Under the pieces are notes generated by a model that saw only the letters and a program-made list of their open reading frames with translations, did no database searches and was not told the DNA's origin. Of a stretch of DNA of 64,000 nt, positions 22,960-36,558 are shown one piece after another. Each line of letters begins with the position of its first letter. The stretch's first letter is position 1. The position numbers were made by a program, and so were the translations under genes. This DNA comes from Neoechinorhynchus agilis. Taxonomy: Eukaryota; Animalia; Acanthocephala. The DNA lies in the NCBI GenBank assembly GCA_051530055.1, contig CM121341.1, forward strand, positions 12,192,784 through 12,256,783, given 5' to 3'.

Positions 22960-25683
22960 TGACATTTGCTGTGCTTTTAAGCTGTTCAATGCGAAAGTGT
23001 AAATTCTCTAATGAAGGGAACCTACAAATCCGGCAACTGTCCTCTTGGTGTATTTACTACCCTGTTTCTATTTATTTACTGAAGATTTTGGTTATATTAC
23101 TAATCGAAGAAGATGAGGAAAACGAGCCACTGGACTCCGCTGATGCTCTACAAAAATATTACAAAAAATTTCGACTAATTTTGATTGTTTCGTTCGCTGA
23201 TTGGATGCAGCTTTTATCTGTTTTCCGTCTCACAGTAGTCCTAAATAATCAAAAAGCCCCTTGCCATTGATGACGACTCCTCAAACGTGCGTATTACTTC
23301 AATTCGAAATTTATTTTAATCAAAGTAACTCACGATAGCTCATTTTTTTCATGGTGCAAATAAAAACTGTAAGTAAATTCAAAATGTAATCCTGTTTGCT
23401 TTGTTCTCCAAGTGAACAAGTCGAGGAAAATGAGCAATAGAGAGAAATCAAATACTATGTATGCCGATGATCTTTCGGTTGTAATTAAGGAGGCAAATTA
23501 TATACGAGCACGAGAGAAAATGTGGTGAGTTACAAATCGATACGGTATTTAAATGTTTAGCGGAGATCGATAACACCATTACTATATATCGCATTTGATA
23601 TAAGTAAGGCATTCGATACCATTGATATTGATTTTGTTGTGAATATTTTAAGATTTTTTATTTTCCTGTTAATCTGATAGCTAGGGTAAATAATACATTA
23701 AAATCTAATCGTTTCTACTTTTCGGATGATCCTTCTAGAACCATATTCTATCAGCAGAAAGAGGTACCACAAGGATCCCCTCTATCGCCCATCTTGTTTT
23801 GCATAGCCACTCAATATATTGTTAAAAACTGCAATGTTTGCAAATCGATTTAGATACGTTAGATTTCAAAAAATGTGTACGCAACAAGCTGTTGCGGTGG
23901 AGGGTGGCGAACGGCCACCCAATGTTTTGAGAATTCCCGTGCCTCCGGACATTCGGAGTCAACTTCTCAGCAATCAAAATAGTAAGCATTTCGTGGACGT
24001 GCTTTCTAAAAGATGTCCCAATACGATAAGAATCGAAGCAAATCCAATACAACCCAGAGAAGAGCTACACAGACGTTATCTGGCTCCGTGGCTCAAATCC
24101 TTTAAGGATGATATCCATCGTATTTCATCTATCAGCTATTTCGGATGAATATTGAAAATCAGGTTTATAGCAACGGATTTTATGAAGGCTTATCTGGCTT
24201 TCATCAAGAAAAACTGCAACTTTGCAGGTGTGACAATTTCGAACACAAGTTATGAATCAACCTTTATCGTTTCTGGGCTCTCTCCAGATATTGATGATGC
24301 AGATAAGATAGCGTTCGAGGAAAAATTCGGAGTCAAATTGCTCTTTTTGCTCAAGTCATCAAGAACGGGGAAGTTTATTCCCAAAGCTATTGTAAAAGCT
24401 GCGGTCGAACGGAGGGACGCACTATGCACTGAGCGATCCTTCTTCCAATCCATGGAGGTTAAATTTACTTCAAACGAGATTTCGCGTTACGACGACTATT
24501 ACTTTCCTCGGTGCAGTGGGTGTCAATGTTGGGGACATTGGGAGCAGAGGTGCCCGTCCAAGGTCACGCGATGCGCTTTTTGTGGCCAAGACCACCACAG
24601 TACCAAATGTGAGAAAAAGAAAAGCCACTGCTCAAACTGCGATCGAGATGGACATTGTGCGTTCTCAAAGAATTGTAAAGCATTTAAGGAATATGTTGTG
24701 TGGGCGAGACTGCTAGTATCCAAGGTAAATAATTCATCCGACACTCGAGTTGCCCAGAATAGTTGGAATACGACAAAGGACAAACCCATAAGAGGATCTG
24801 CAACAACCAATACAACCAAAAAAACATACCCAAGGCAACAACTGGGTACATCCAAAGATGTTAATAATCTACGGACGACTTATGATGACACCTTGGAAAA
24901 GAAGTTTGCTGATTTCTCCGCTAAAATCCTCGACATGGTCGATCTACGAATCACCGCGGCCATTCAGGGTCTTGAGAGGAGACTGCCCAGTTAAACGGTC
25001 TCATCGAAACTCTCTCGACAAAATTCATAGATATTCAGATCGCGACCGGGGTAGCTCCAGCACCCTGCAAACGCAGTCGAGCACTGGTTTCAAGTAGCAA
25101 CGGTGTAGACGATGTGGATATGTACGAGGCCGAGGAGTTCGTGAGCAACATCATAAGCGACTGACGGGGTCCGCGCAGTGGAACGCAGGCGGGCTTCTGG
25201 GTATTCCTGGCCTTTTGTCTGAAGCACAGAGAAGTGATATTACTTTTGTGCAAGAAACTAAGTCGCTGTACTCTCTTAACAACCTCCCGAATGGTTTTAA
25301 TATTTTATCTAGTGAATATTATTTATTTTGCACAAAACCCCTTTTAAACTACTCAAGGTTTATTATCCATTTTTAAAACTTGCCTCCAACCAACCCTGAT
25401 TTCAGTTTACTTCCTCGGATTTGTCTTACGCTTTATTTTCAATACGTTTCTTGGGGAGGAAATTGCTCTTAGGTAATTTCTATATTAAACCTAGGAAAAT
25501 ACACCTCACTCGTAATAAAGATCTTATAAAAATGTTTTAGCATCCGGAATTGACTTTTGCTTCGGAGATTTCAACGACCCTTCTCACAAATGGATAAAGG
25601 CCATTTTACATTCGGATAATACCCGTGACCTTATTGTTTCTGCGGATCACACGCTTACCGACGGCAGGTCTCATTCTTTTCTA
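22960..25683. repeat. Segmental duplication with 35670-38396 (offset 12710); continues 25684-26629 = 39990-40938 after a ~1.6-kb deletion
   Basis: Identical ORFs 22971/35681, 24152/36862, 26035/40341. Confidence 0.93.
23440..23850 (+). mobile_element. Scrambled RT fragments of a family-B-like LINE (also ~36150-36560)
   Basis: MYADDLSVVIKE precedes AFDISKAFD and VPQGSPLSPILF, which is not the canonical motif order. Confidence 0.75.
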
Positions 25684-25918
25684 AGGCGAGACGTGCCGCT
25701 CGTATTGGGCTTAGCGCCAAGATATGCAAAGTAATATGATGCTTTTGGGCTATTTCAGGCCTAGTTTTTTATTCCAGAGGAAGGCCTCCAGAACAAAACC
25801 TAAAATTCCGCTGTGTATTCTTGAAAACCTGTCGAGACTACCCTTTGAGTGGATTTCCTCAGCAGACTGGACCAACAAATCCATGCAGTGGATCGGATTG
25901 TGACCTAAAATAAAAAAA
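23849..25918 (+). mobile_element. LINE family B, internally deleted copy
   Basis: ORF1 ATG 23873 with one in-frame TGA at 24146; knuckles CSGCQCWGHWEQRC, CAFCGQDH, CSNCDRDGHC; APE QWNAGG..QET..GDFND; joins the C-terminal region at 25684; A-rich tail 25907-25918. Confidence 0.85.
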
Positions 25919-25919
25919 C

Positions 25920-26629
25920 GGATACTTAACTATAGAATGTTGCTTTGGTTATTCAGCGACAGCGGTCGATCCATGGTTTGCCTTTGACGAATAATTTTTT
26001 TTAGATACGTTCGTGCAATACTAAAACGCGCTCATTGCTCCGATCAACAGCGATGGATAATGCGTTGTTATCGTTGAGCGCTGCAGCGGAGGGTGGCAAA
26101 CGGCCACCCACTTCTCTGAGAATTCGGGTGTCTCTGGAGGTCCGGAATAGTATTCTAGGGGATATGAAGCTATTTCCCAATGACAATAACTCCATGGATA
26201 AACCCAAACTTCTCGAAATAAAATCAGTTGAAAAACCAACGGATCTTATCTACTTATCCCCTCCATTACAAAAATGGCCACATTCGTCTCGAACCCGATT
26301 CAAAATGTATCTCGTTTCATGGCTTCGTTCTTTCAACGATGATTGCCAGAGAATCATGAAAGTCACATACAAACCATGGAACAGAGAATGCAATTTCCTG
26401 TTCTCAACTCAACGGAATTGTTGGTTGTGTACGCAAGAAGTGATCAGGACAAGCGAAGCAACATCCGAAAAACTCCAACCCGAGTTAATTGAGCCCACCC
26501 TTCCTATTTGGTAGCACCATCGAAATCAATGGCCTTATACGATATCAATTACATCGAATCCAATACAACCGAGAGAGTCTATGCACAAATAATATCTCAC
26601 TCCTTGGGCGAGATTGTTCGAGGATCTAC
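25920..26629 (+). mobile_element. LINE family C, 5' part of ORF1
   Basis: MDNAL..AEGGKRPPTSLRI; truncated at TTGTTCGA where module Y begins. Confidence 0.7.
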
Positions 26630-27159
26630 AACGATTTCCAATACGAAATCACTTGGTTGACTCAGGTGTATCAGTACCACTATGCGCTCTATGGAGATCG
26701 GTATACCGACTATTTTAAAAAGTACCACTGGGTTCAATACTGGAACCACATAGCTTTGTGGGCCATGAGCAGAGGCATAACCGAGTAGCTGCCTCTGCTC
26801 ATGAAGGTCGGCTAAAATCGCAAACTGACCCCTATGTCATAGTCATTGCGATATTTTCAATAAAGTGTTATCTTTATTGCTTGATCGAATTCTTGTGTTA
26901 CGCAAACTATGTTCGATGCGAAAATGACTATCAAGAATATTTATTGCTACCAATAATCCAATATAGAAGCAAATCGCGAGCATTATAATTGGGCCGATAA
27001 TGTTGTGATTGCATGCAATGCGTTCCCTTAAAAAAACTAGTACCATTCAGCAGATAGAATTTTCGGAATCTTATGGAGGCTGATATTTAAGAACATTGAC
27101 TTGCGAGATAAATGAAAGTAATGTTTAATTTGAACATTTTATTTTGCGTTCACGAAATA

Positions 27160-28786
27160 CAAAAACGTCCCCGCTAAAAATTATAATGTTCTTGCGGTTC
27201 ACTGTTCTCTTTTTCAATGCTCATAGTTGAGCGGTGAATCAATAATTGTTCACGCCTCGCACGAATGATCATCGAGTCGATTTCCTAGGAACGTCGTATT
27301 GGGTGAAGCATTTCCATTCATTGAATACCACTGCCCTTTTACTGTCGATATCCACAGAATCTCCAACAATGCAAATATTTTGGATTACCCTTTTCTATCA
27401 TAAATTTTATCAATCAAAATTAGATTTTAAGGATCTTCAAGAGATTAATATTGTAAAGAAAATTTTTATTCCGAAAGCTAAAGGTGCCATTAGCAAGCCA
27501 AATCACATTAGAATCATTGCCATTCAAAATCCTATAATATCCTGTGTAGAGAAAATAGTCAATAACTCTCTTCTGAATTTTTTATACTCGAAAACTAATC
27601 CCTCCATATTTTCACGGATTTGTAGGCAAAAGAGGTGTGCACTCACTTTTAAATGACTTGAATAATCTTAATCTTCCAATACGCACAAATAAATTGTTAA
27701 TCCAATTAGACCTAAATAAGGCTTTCGATGCTTTGGGTAGGAATTTCCTTTACAAGGTTTTTGTTGAATTAAAGTTGCTTTTAAAGCTCATTCATAAGAG
27801 TCAACACCTTATTAAATCCAAATCCTATTATTATGAGGTGGATCCTTCGTGCACTAGATTTTACTCTAAATTCGGAGTTCCTCAAGGCTCGCCTTTATCT
27901 CCCACCCTCTTTCTTATTGTAACTATTTTTATATTCAAATCAATGAAGGGTGCTAGAAGCATACATCCACTAGTCCACGCGGATGATATTTTTTATTTTG
28001 TTCTGCTTGGCGTAGAAGGAATCTTCTGAATTCTATGTGTTTGTATCTTAATAAACTATCTACGTCTCTTAGAGAAGCCAATTTAATTATTAATGTAAAT
28101 AAGACTTTTATAATACCATTGACTAAATCCCGTCTTCCAAGACGATCCAAGTCAATCTTTTAAATTCTTCGCCCTTTTATAAAGGCGTTACAACTAAAAT
28201 GCATACGCGACTATTAGGCATTAATTGCCCCTCGTCCGCTAACAGATTCTTTATAAATACTCATTTTAAATCTACTTTTAATAAAATTAAAGAGATCATT
28301 AAGAGGTATCGGCATGTTTCGCAGGACAAGGGTGTTCTCTACAACATTCTTAAAACTCTTATGGGAGGTCTGTCTTTTTCTTCGCTAGGGACCGTCCTCC
28401 TGAAATGAGGCATGATTTTTTCAATAAGTTTTATCCCCATCTTAACAACTGTAAGTTTGTTAGGATGAGTTCCTTTGTATATAGACTCAAATGTGACTTG
28501 CAAACATTCAAAGATAACAATGATGAATTATGCAATAATATTACTAAACTTAAGACACAAGAAGTTACAATTTTTAATCAGCTAAGTAAAAATTTGCCTT
28601 CAAAATACTACCATAAATATATTTTAGAGAAAAATAACTGATGAACACTGATTGAGGGATTTGATCAATCCGACACTCGATCGGTGTTAATTATCAGTTT
28701 TGTTAATTGACAATACAATTAAGGAAAAGAGTATCGATATTAAATCTTATAAAATTGAACTTGTATTGGGCCAGAAATAAATAAAT
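27160..28786 (+). mobile_element. LINE family D RT and C-terminal region (copy at ~42605-44230)
   Basis: KAFD, GVPQGSPLSP, LVHADD; ends near (AAAT)3. Confidence 0.8.
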
Positions 28787-28914
28787 GATAATTGCGCAGA
28801 GACACAAAGGTGTGCGCAATTACGACTAAATCTCAAGCGATTGTAGAAAAGGATTGTAATGGAGGTTCTTAAACAATGAATGATCGTAACCAGTATGAGT
28901 TAATAAATAAATAA
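28787..28914 (+). mobile_element. ~130-bp internal-deletion remnant of CRE-like family 3
   Basis: Matches 44231-44348 joined directly to the tail at ~47156; ORF start ATGAATGAT retained. Confidence 0.8.
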
Positions 28915-29257
28915 TTCGGTCGTTATTTTTTCGTTGAATAAAACGAACATCGTTGTCTACCCACTACAGCTATGACAACTTTTGATCAATTCATTAAAAT
29001 CACCCTAAGTTTCCATAGCTTTTAAGGAACAGCGACTAATGGAACTTCCAAAATGAACATCTTTTCGATGTGGGCGTTTCGGTTAGAGTCGAGATGCGAA
29101 AAGAGCTATCCATCGGAATATAATGTCAAATATCACTCCGTCAGAAGTATTCAAATGTAGATCAACACAAAAAGCAACGCGCTCTGTTTTCTAGTTGTAC
29201 TCCATGCACCATGCGTGCAAATCGATTGGTGGACCTCTGACGTACTCGCCACACAAA

Positions 29258-32200
29258 TATATTTGAAGTTTTAAAGGATGTTAATTATATAGATACGCTC
29301 AATTCCGATTGGGTTTTAGTTGAATGTCGAAAATCCACTAGAAAGTAAGTCCGTTAGCAATAAGGCCTCCAATTGTAGAGGAAATTATAGAACTGATTAA
29401 CTCTTCGCTGTTACACTCGCGTATCAATAAGGCAAATTATTTTCGAATAAAAGAAAACAAATTGCTTGCAATCCAATGATTTAAGATTCTGTTCAAGATG
29501 TGAGTTATGCCGGGACGAAGTCAAGTAGAGATATGTGTGGAAATATTACTGAATTCACCAATAATGATAATATGTTCAAGACCAAGAGAGTGCAGATTTT
29601 CTACTTGTGAATCGATCTCCTGTGATGCCATCTGTAGATTGGCTGAGAGAGGACGATAGATACCGATAAATGTAAAATTTCGGCTGCCTGAGCGAAGTTT
29701 GAGAGAGAGCGTTGTGTGGATGTATTCTAAATATGGTGATTGGCAAGGAACTGAGGAGGAGCTCTCCGCAGGGAATGAAAATAGAGACTCCACCTCCTGT
29801 GTCATCGTCTTTGTACGTGTGTAAGGAAGTGTAGCCAAGAATTAAGGAGATGCCGGAATTGGAGGAGTGCAGCCATGTTTCCACAATTAACAAAAAGTCT
29901 GCGTTTGCAAAAGAGGCAAATGGCAAAACAGGATCTAGTTTAGGTAAAATACTTCTTTTGTTAGTGAAACGAACGGAGGAAAATGGTCGCTTGAAGGAAC
30001 TTGAAAGGGGATGCAGTTTGCGAGAGTTGGCTGGTGGAAGAGTTCGATGGATACGTTTCTGAGCGGCTCTTGAGTTCCCGGTAATGTTTGATTCTGCTAA
30101 CGTACGGCAAAGATTTTCGGAGGTATCCAAAAATTTACAGATGAATTCCGAAGGTATTTTTTGGCTGGTCTTAAGTAGATATCAGGAGAGAGAAGATTTG
30201 GCAAAATATTTGCAATAAAAGAAGAAAACCAAATGCTAATAATCGCATGACTTGGTCGCTATGACAACTTTTGATCAATTTAATAAAATCAACCTTAGCT
30301 TTGAAAGTTTGGAAGAAGAAGCGACAAGTATAACTGCCCAAATTAATGCCTTTTCGGCGTGGTCGTCTTGGTTAAAACCGTGACGCGAAATGAGCGATTG
30401 CTGAAAAACATTGCCGAATGTCGCTCCGTCAGAAGTATTCAAATATATTTCAAGTTTTCAACTACACTAATTTAAAGCAGCTAACAATTGACTCCTACAG
30501 GTTTTAGTTCATTAGCGAATAACGAATCAGAGGAGATCGAAATCGTGATTGGAAGTTTTGAGTTTTATTAGGTAAGAAAATGAGCGTTACTACTTCTCAA
30601 ATATCTCTAAATTATATTATTTGCAAAGCAAATACATAACAATTTTAATGCTTTTAGTGCAAACCAAATGTTCGTCGAAGTATTCTCCTAAACATAGGAT
30701 TTCTTGGGATGCCGTAAATGTGGTACACCCCCATTACATCGTTGGGTTATAGAAGGATTTCTCGGGATGCTGTAGTCTTTGTACAACCCAATCCTCAGTT
30801 GAAGGATTCTTTAAAACGAAGGATTTCTTGGGGCTTGAACGGTTAAATCGAACCTCGGATGCTATGCAAGCCTCTATTCAAAATGTCCACGCTAATTCGG
30901 AAAAGGGCGTAGACTCCATCTCGGACGTCACCGCAGGAAAATTTTATTTCTGACTAAAATTAAAAACAATTTCAGGTTTGAAACAATGGAGTCTGATTTT
31001 AACTATTCGGCAGCATAAATCTCCTAACTACTCAAAGAGATCATTGATAACACTAAATTTTCAACGATACAGAATTCCTCGAAAAGAAAATTAGTTGAAA
31101 AACGACGCATCCATTAATTTCCAAAAGAACACTCACGATCGTTGAGGCGCTAATACACTTCCACAATTCTTTGGGACGAATGTAAAAATCAACCACCACC
31201 TCCGTAACCGCTCGATTCATCGGTCACAAAAAAAGAGCGATGCGAAAAACGTAAATGCAGCGATGTAAAGCAAACGACGACTTGGAAGGCAAAAAAACGA
31301 CAGAATTACAACTTTTTTTTGTTAATTTGGCGCGCGTTCAAATTTTTATCGTCATCTTTAATCGAAAAAATAAATTTGTGAAAAGTACTCATGTAATGTG
31401 CTTGGTCAGAGTGTTTTAAAATTAACATCAATTTTATTCTTTTCAAAAGTGTCTGTTATTGTTTAGGTCGCATTTCGAAGAATGAGGGAGATCGTTAAAG
31501 ACGAATGTATTTCGACCGATTGAGTCGGTCATTCTCAATTCAATCTAAAATAACATAGGGATTCGTCACAACACGTACATGTGATTTTTTATTTGGACTT
31601 GGGACCCAGGAGAGCGCGAGCTTGTGATCCAATCGTTCGTTTTATCGTTTACTGCCTTCATATAGAAGCGAATCATTGTTTATTCTTAAATTTAAACTCA
31701 GTGACTGAATATATGAATTTTGTTGGTCTAATAATGCGATTAGAAAAAACCATCATTGAATCTTTTTTAACATCAAAATGTTTGTTAAAGTACAAAACGT
31801 GCAATCACCACCGTCCGCAAAATTGGAGCTTCTCCCCTTCATCGGCTGTCGCTTTCACGCTAACAGCAGTGCCTCGTTGTACTGCGAGCGAGATATTTTG
31901 TCGCAGGAATACACCTGCTCGTGCGTCGCCCGTCGTTTCTCTCAATTTCTTCGAGATATCCTAGAGCAGGGTAAGTGCCGAGCTGCCAAGCGCTCCATAC
32001 GTCTCTACTCCGAAGGGGACAAAATAGTGGGCCTTTGCTAATTCTCTATATTTTCGTACCTTCCTGCCTTCCGCTGCACTGGCTGCACCTCCAGGGATTT
32101 CGAGTTAGTAGGGAATGTTGCTTACTGCGAGGGTGTCCACAAACGTGGCGTCCCAGAGAAAACATTTGCTCACCCGCCACGGAAAGACCGAAATTCCGTC

Positions 32201-32869
32201 AGGTCGACGACCGTCTAGCCGACAAAGATGGGCAGGATCCAAAATGTTGGGGAAGTTCGCCGTTCTCAACGCCCGAGAAATTACGCTATTGATCTCAGAA
32301 TGGCGTAAGAACCTTCCTCCTGACTTTCGGCAAACGAGACCGTGTCGCCCGAAAGCATCAACCAAAGACCCACATCGACAGCGATGGGGTGTGCATATCG
32401 GGAGACCAAGTCTTAAGGACACTGCGATTCTCGTTACCTCATCAGTGAGAAGAGTTCCCACAGATGCCAAAGCAACAGCCTCCAACCACGCCCCCGATTC
32501 TCGTGTCGAAACTGCTAACAATCTAGCTCGGACGACCCCATCGCGAGTACCTGAAAGTTGAGAGCTGTGAGCTCTCGCGACGAGAGGTCTGTCCCAGATA
32601 GACTATCTGAAGCCATTCACGGGAACATGGTTAGCGCCTGTCTGCTTGCACCATTCTTCAACTGCCACCACAAAGTCTTGGTCAAGACAATACTTTCCCC
32701 TCAGAATTTTCTTTACAATTGGTTGACTCCCCTAATACGATCCAATAAAAGCGCCCTAATGTCCAATCCCCAAGATGACACAGGCATTGAAGCTTGTCGC
32801 CACGCCTCATCTGAGAGCTGGACATTTAAAATACGCTCGATACAAGCCTTCACCTTGTCGTCGAGCTTA
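29258..32869. repeat. Segmental duplication copy 2 (APE fragment, module X, CRE family 1 3' 1.4 kb)
   Basis: Matches 1679-5290. Confidence 0.95.
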
Positions 32870-33860
32870 ACCACGACGAACGACGCAATCGAAGTTAACT
32901 TGATTGAGGAGCATACCGTGACGAATATGGAATTCACGGGAATATTAAATGCAACTTCACAACCAATGAAAGGATGCTCTTTCATGAAATAGATACTAGG
33001 GATTTTGATCGATTTGTTATTAACAATATTCAGCTTATAAATAAAATTATAGGTCACGTAAAAATTTATCATTGTTCAGTAACTTTATTTCTCATCGGAT
33101 TAAGTTTGAAGTTCAGAATTATTAGGAAGAATTAAAGGTGTTGATTAATTTGCTAAATTTCAAAAATGTAGGGCCCAACTTTTATAAAAATCTAGTACAA
33201 CCTTTCAAAAATGCTAATTGTGAGATCTTTAATTGTCGTCATTTATCCTTTGGAAAGGTATAGAAGATTTTCCGTCGGCTATTACGCTTATTTAAAGTCG
33301 CTTAAACCGTTTTGAGCAGCATGCGTAATAATTTGCACGGAATTCGAAACTTTCGTCTTAGTAACTTTTAATACTTCTTGCAATATGGTTGGCTCCCTGA
33401 ATTAACACGATCTAACCTTTATAAAACAGATTACCGTTTGGCATTGCTCGGGGAAGCTTAATCGAGGATGATCACTATTCAAAAACTAAGACATGATCAA
33501 AAGTTATGCAAATTAAAAACATACGAACTTTAGCTATACTTTGACCAATTCAAAAGTCGCCTCGTTATTATTATGCTCCGTAGGCATTAAGATCAACGGA
33601 AACTTCTTTGCGGTTTTCGATTTCATTTGATTAAATGTCAGAGACAAAATCAATTTATGACCTAGAAAGTTTACAAAAACTTTCCAAAAATCTACATGCA
33701 GACTTTATTTTATTTTTAACACTCCCTGCCGGTCAAAATTTTAACGATCTTTTATCCGTCTTAAACTTTTCGCTCAATCCGATTCGAGTGCGGAATTAAC
33801 ACTTTAATAACCTAAAAAAGTTCGACGAAAAGGATCAAATATTGAGTGCAATGAAACTAA

Positions 33861-34310
33861 AAAACTGACTATAATTCGCGAATCAGAAGACGACAATTCA
33901 TCATCTCCTTAAATCGGATGTCACTGTCTTTTGTTCATCATTTTCGCAGTTAAGAAATATTTTAAAGAAATTGCACAAATTCTGTGTTGCAAAGCAATTA
34001 AAAAACTGATTACAATAATTAACGAATCAGAAGAAGACAAATCATCACCTCGTTAAATCGGACGTCCCTATATTTTGTTCATCATTTTCGCTCTTAAGAA
34101 ACATATTAAAGAAATTGAATAAATTCTGTGTTGCGAAGAAACTGAAAAGCTGACCACAATAATTTTCGAATCAGAAGACAAATCATCATCTCTAAATCGG
34201 ATGCCCTTTTTTTCATTATTTCCGTACTTAAGAAATATTTTAAAGAAATTGAATTAATTCTGCGTTGTAAAGAAATCAAAAATCTGACTACAATAATTTT
34301 AGAATCAGAA
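33861..34310. repeat. Diverged ~140-bp tandem repeat, ~3.3 units (first unit also at 63871-64000)
   Basis: Units start AAAA(A/G)CTGA at ~33861, 34001, 34145, 34278; shared AATCAGAAGA, TAAATCGGA, TTAAGAAA, AAAGAAATTG. Confidence 0.8.
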
Positions 34311-34311
34311 G

Positions 34312-34660
34312 GCCTCCAGCACGAATGTTTTTCGCTTCTGGCGCTTGCGGCAGAAACTTTTCCAGGGGAAGAAGTCTTCTTGGATCGATAGAAAGCTGTT
34401 TTTCCTTGTTGAATGAATTCGCCTACATATTATCCATCATTGTTACTGAAAAATAGAATTCTTTGATTGGTCCGAAAATCTCATCGACTTTTCGGATTTA
34501 TTCTTTATTTTCCAAGTTGATTTGAGCATTGAAATAGGGGACGTGTGACTTCATCTCTGATCTGAGAACGAGTTGTCCCTCGCAAGGGTGTAGAAATTCA
34601 CCGGCATGTTGGACGCTTTGAGGTGTTCCCAGGTCAAAATCGCGCCCGCCTTTTTAAGAT
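34312..34660 (-). pseudogene. GAR1: H/ACA RNP subunit GAR1 core domain, two in-frame stops, no intron
   Basis: [80 protein letters not shown]; TAA 34500-34498, TAG 34425-34423; C-terminal RGG region cut off. Confidence 0.9.
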
Positions 34661-36558
34661 TACGCCTCTGTGGTTCTAGCTGCTGTTGTGCTTATTTTGT
34701 TAGTTCGCAATTTTCCGAAATTGTAGTTTGTTAACAGAATGTCTCGTGTTGACTACGAGAAATAATGTCAGCCGCATTATTGCTTCTTTGTTTAATGGGC
34801 CTGAATATACTTGTATAGAATTCGTTGCCGCCATCTCTTCGGTATGGCATTGCTTATTTGAGTGTTTGTTTATCGTTGCGCATTTCAATGTTTTCTGAAC
34901 TTTTCGAAATTAATTTATCCCCTGGTCGTAATTTTATTCTACGCGTGAGGAACCCAATTTTTCCTTGAAAAGATTGTCGTTTACGTCGTTTTGAAGCATT
35001 ATAAAGGTGTTCTAGTAAACATGTTTGCTTATTAGTTTTCGAGTTGTTGAGCAAACTTTGAACGCCCGTGTACTATTTTGGTGCTATGTTTACCATTAAT
35101 AGTCTCCGTTTGTGCACCCGTTAAAGTCTACTTGGTTCGAGCGTCACTCCGTTTTCGAACCAAAGAACCATCTTCATCACTCATCCTTGAAACGAAATGT
35201 ACACGGCCTTTGAACTTGCCTGGATCTACAACGATTTCCAATACGAAATCACTTGGTTGACTCAGGTGTATCAGTACCACTATGCGCTCTATGGAGATCG
35301 GTATACCGACTATTTTAAAAAGTACCACTGGGTTCAATACTGGAACCACATAGCTTTGTGGGCCATGAGCAGAGGCATAACCGAGTAGCTGCCTCTGCTA
35401 ATGAAGGTCGGCTAAAATCGCAAACTGACCCCTATGTCATAGTCATTGCGATATTTTCAATAAAGTGTTATCTTTATTGCTTGATCGAATTCTTGTGTTA
35501 CGCAAACTATAGAATCCAGGACATTCGCTTTTCACTAATTTTAATATAATCTTTTTAGCGCAAGTTTTTTTGTGATTCTTATATCTAACTTTTTGTTCGA
35601 TGAGCGTTCTCATCTATACCAATCGATGTGTCCATTTTGTACATTTGCACACCAAATTACGTTCGTCGCAGACATTTGCTGTGCTTTTAAGCTGTTCAAT
35701 GCGAAAGTGTAAATTCTCTAATGAAGGGAACCTACAAATCCGGCAACTGTCCTCTTGGTGTATTTACTACCCTGTTTCTATTTATTTACTGAAGATTTTG
35801 GTTATATTACTAATCGAAGAAGATGAGGAAAACGAGCCACTGGACTCCGCTGATGCTCTACAAAAATATTACAAAAAATTTCGACTAATTTTGATTGTTT
35901 CGTTCGCTGATTGGATGCAGCTTTTATCTGTTTTCCGTCTCACAGTAGTCCTAAATAATCAAAAAGCCCCTTGCCATTGATGACGACTCCTCAAACGTGC
36001 GTATTACTTCAATTCGAAATTTATTTTAATCAAAGTAACTCACGATAGCTCATTTTTTTCATGGTGCAAATAAAAACTGTAAGTAAATTCAAAATGTAAT
36101 CCTGTTTGCTTTGTTCTCCAAGTGAACAAGTCGAGGAAAATGAGCAATAGAGAGAAATCAAATACTATGTATGCCGATGATCTTTCGGTTGTAATTAAGG
36201 AGGCAAATTATATACGAGCACGAGAGAAAATGTGGTGAGTTACAAATCGATACGGTATTTAAATGTTTAGCGGAGATCGATAACACCATTACTATATATC
36301 GCATTTGATATAAGTAAGGCATTCGATACCATTGATATTGATTTTGTTGTGAATATTTTAAGATTTTTTATTTTCCTGTTAATCTGATAGCTAGGGTAAA
36401 TAATACATTAAAATCTAATCGTTTCTACTTTTCGGATGATCCTTCTAGAACCATATTCTATCAGCAGAAAGAGGTACCACAAGGATCCCCTCTATCGCCC
36501 ATCTTGTTTTGCATAGCCACTCAATATATTGTTAAAAACTGCAATGTTTGCAAATCGA

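Noticed and set aside
24146-24148. Programmed TGA read-through in LINE-B ORF1
   Set aside because: It aligns to Gly in the sister families (likely GGA-to-TGA), and both copies belong to one segmental duplication, so they are not independent.
34423-34500. Alternative genetic code (TAA/TAG = Gln) suggested by the GAR1 stops
   Set aside because: The reconstructed ABCC exons (over 670 codons) use only CAA/CAG for Gln with no in-frame TAR, and the PLE TAG falls on a conserved Ser; C-to-T decay explains GAR1.
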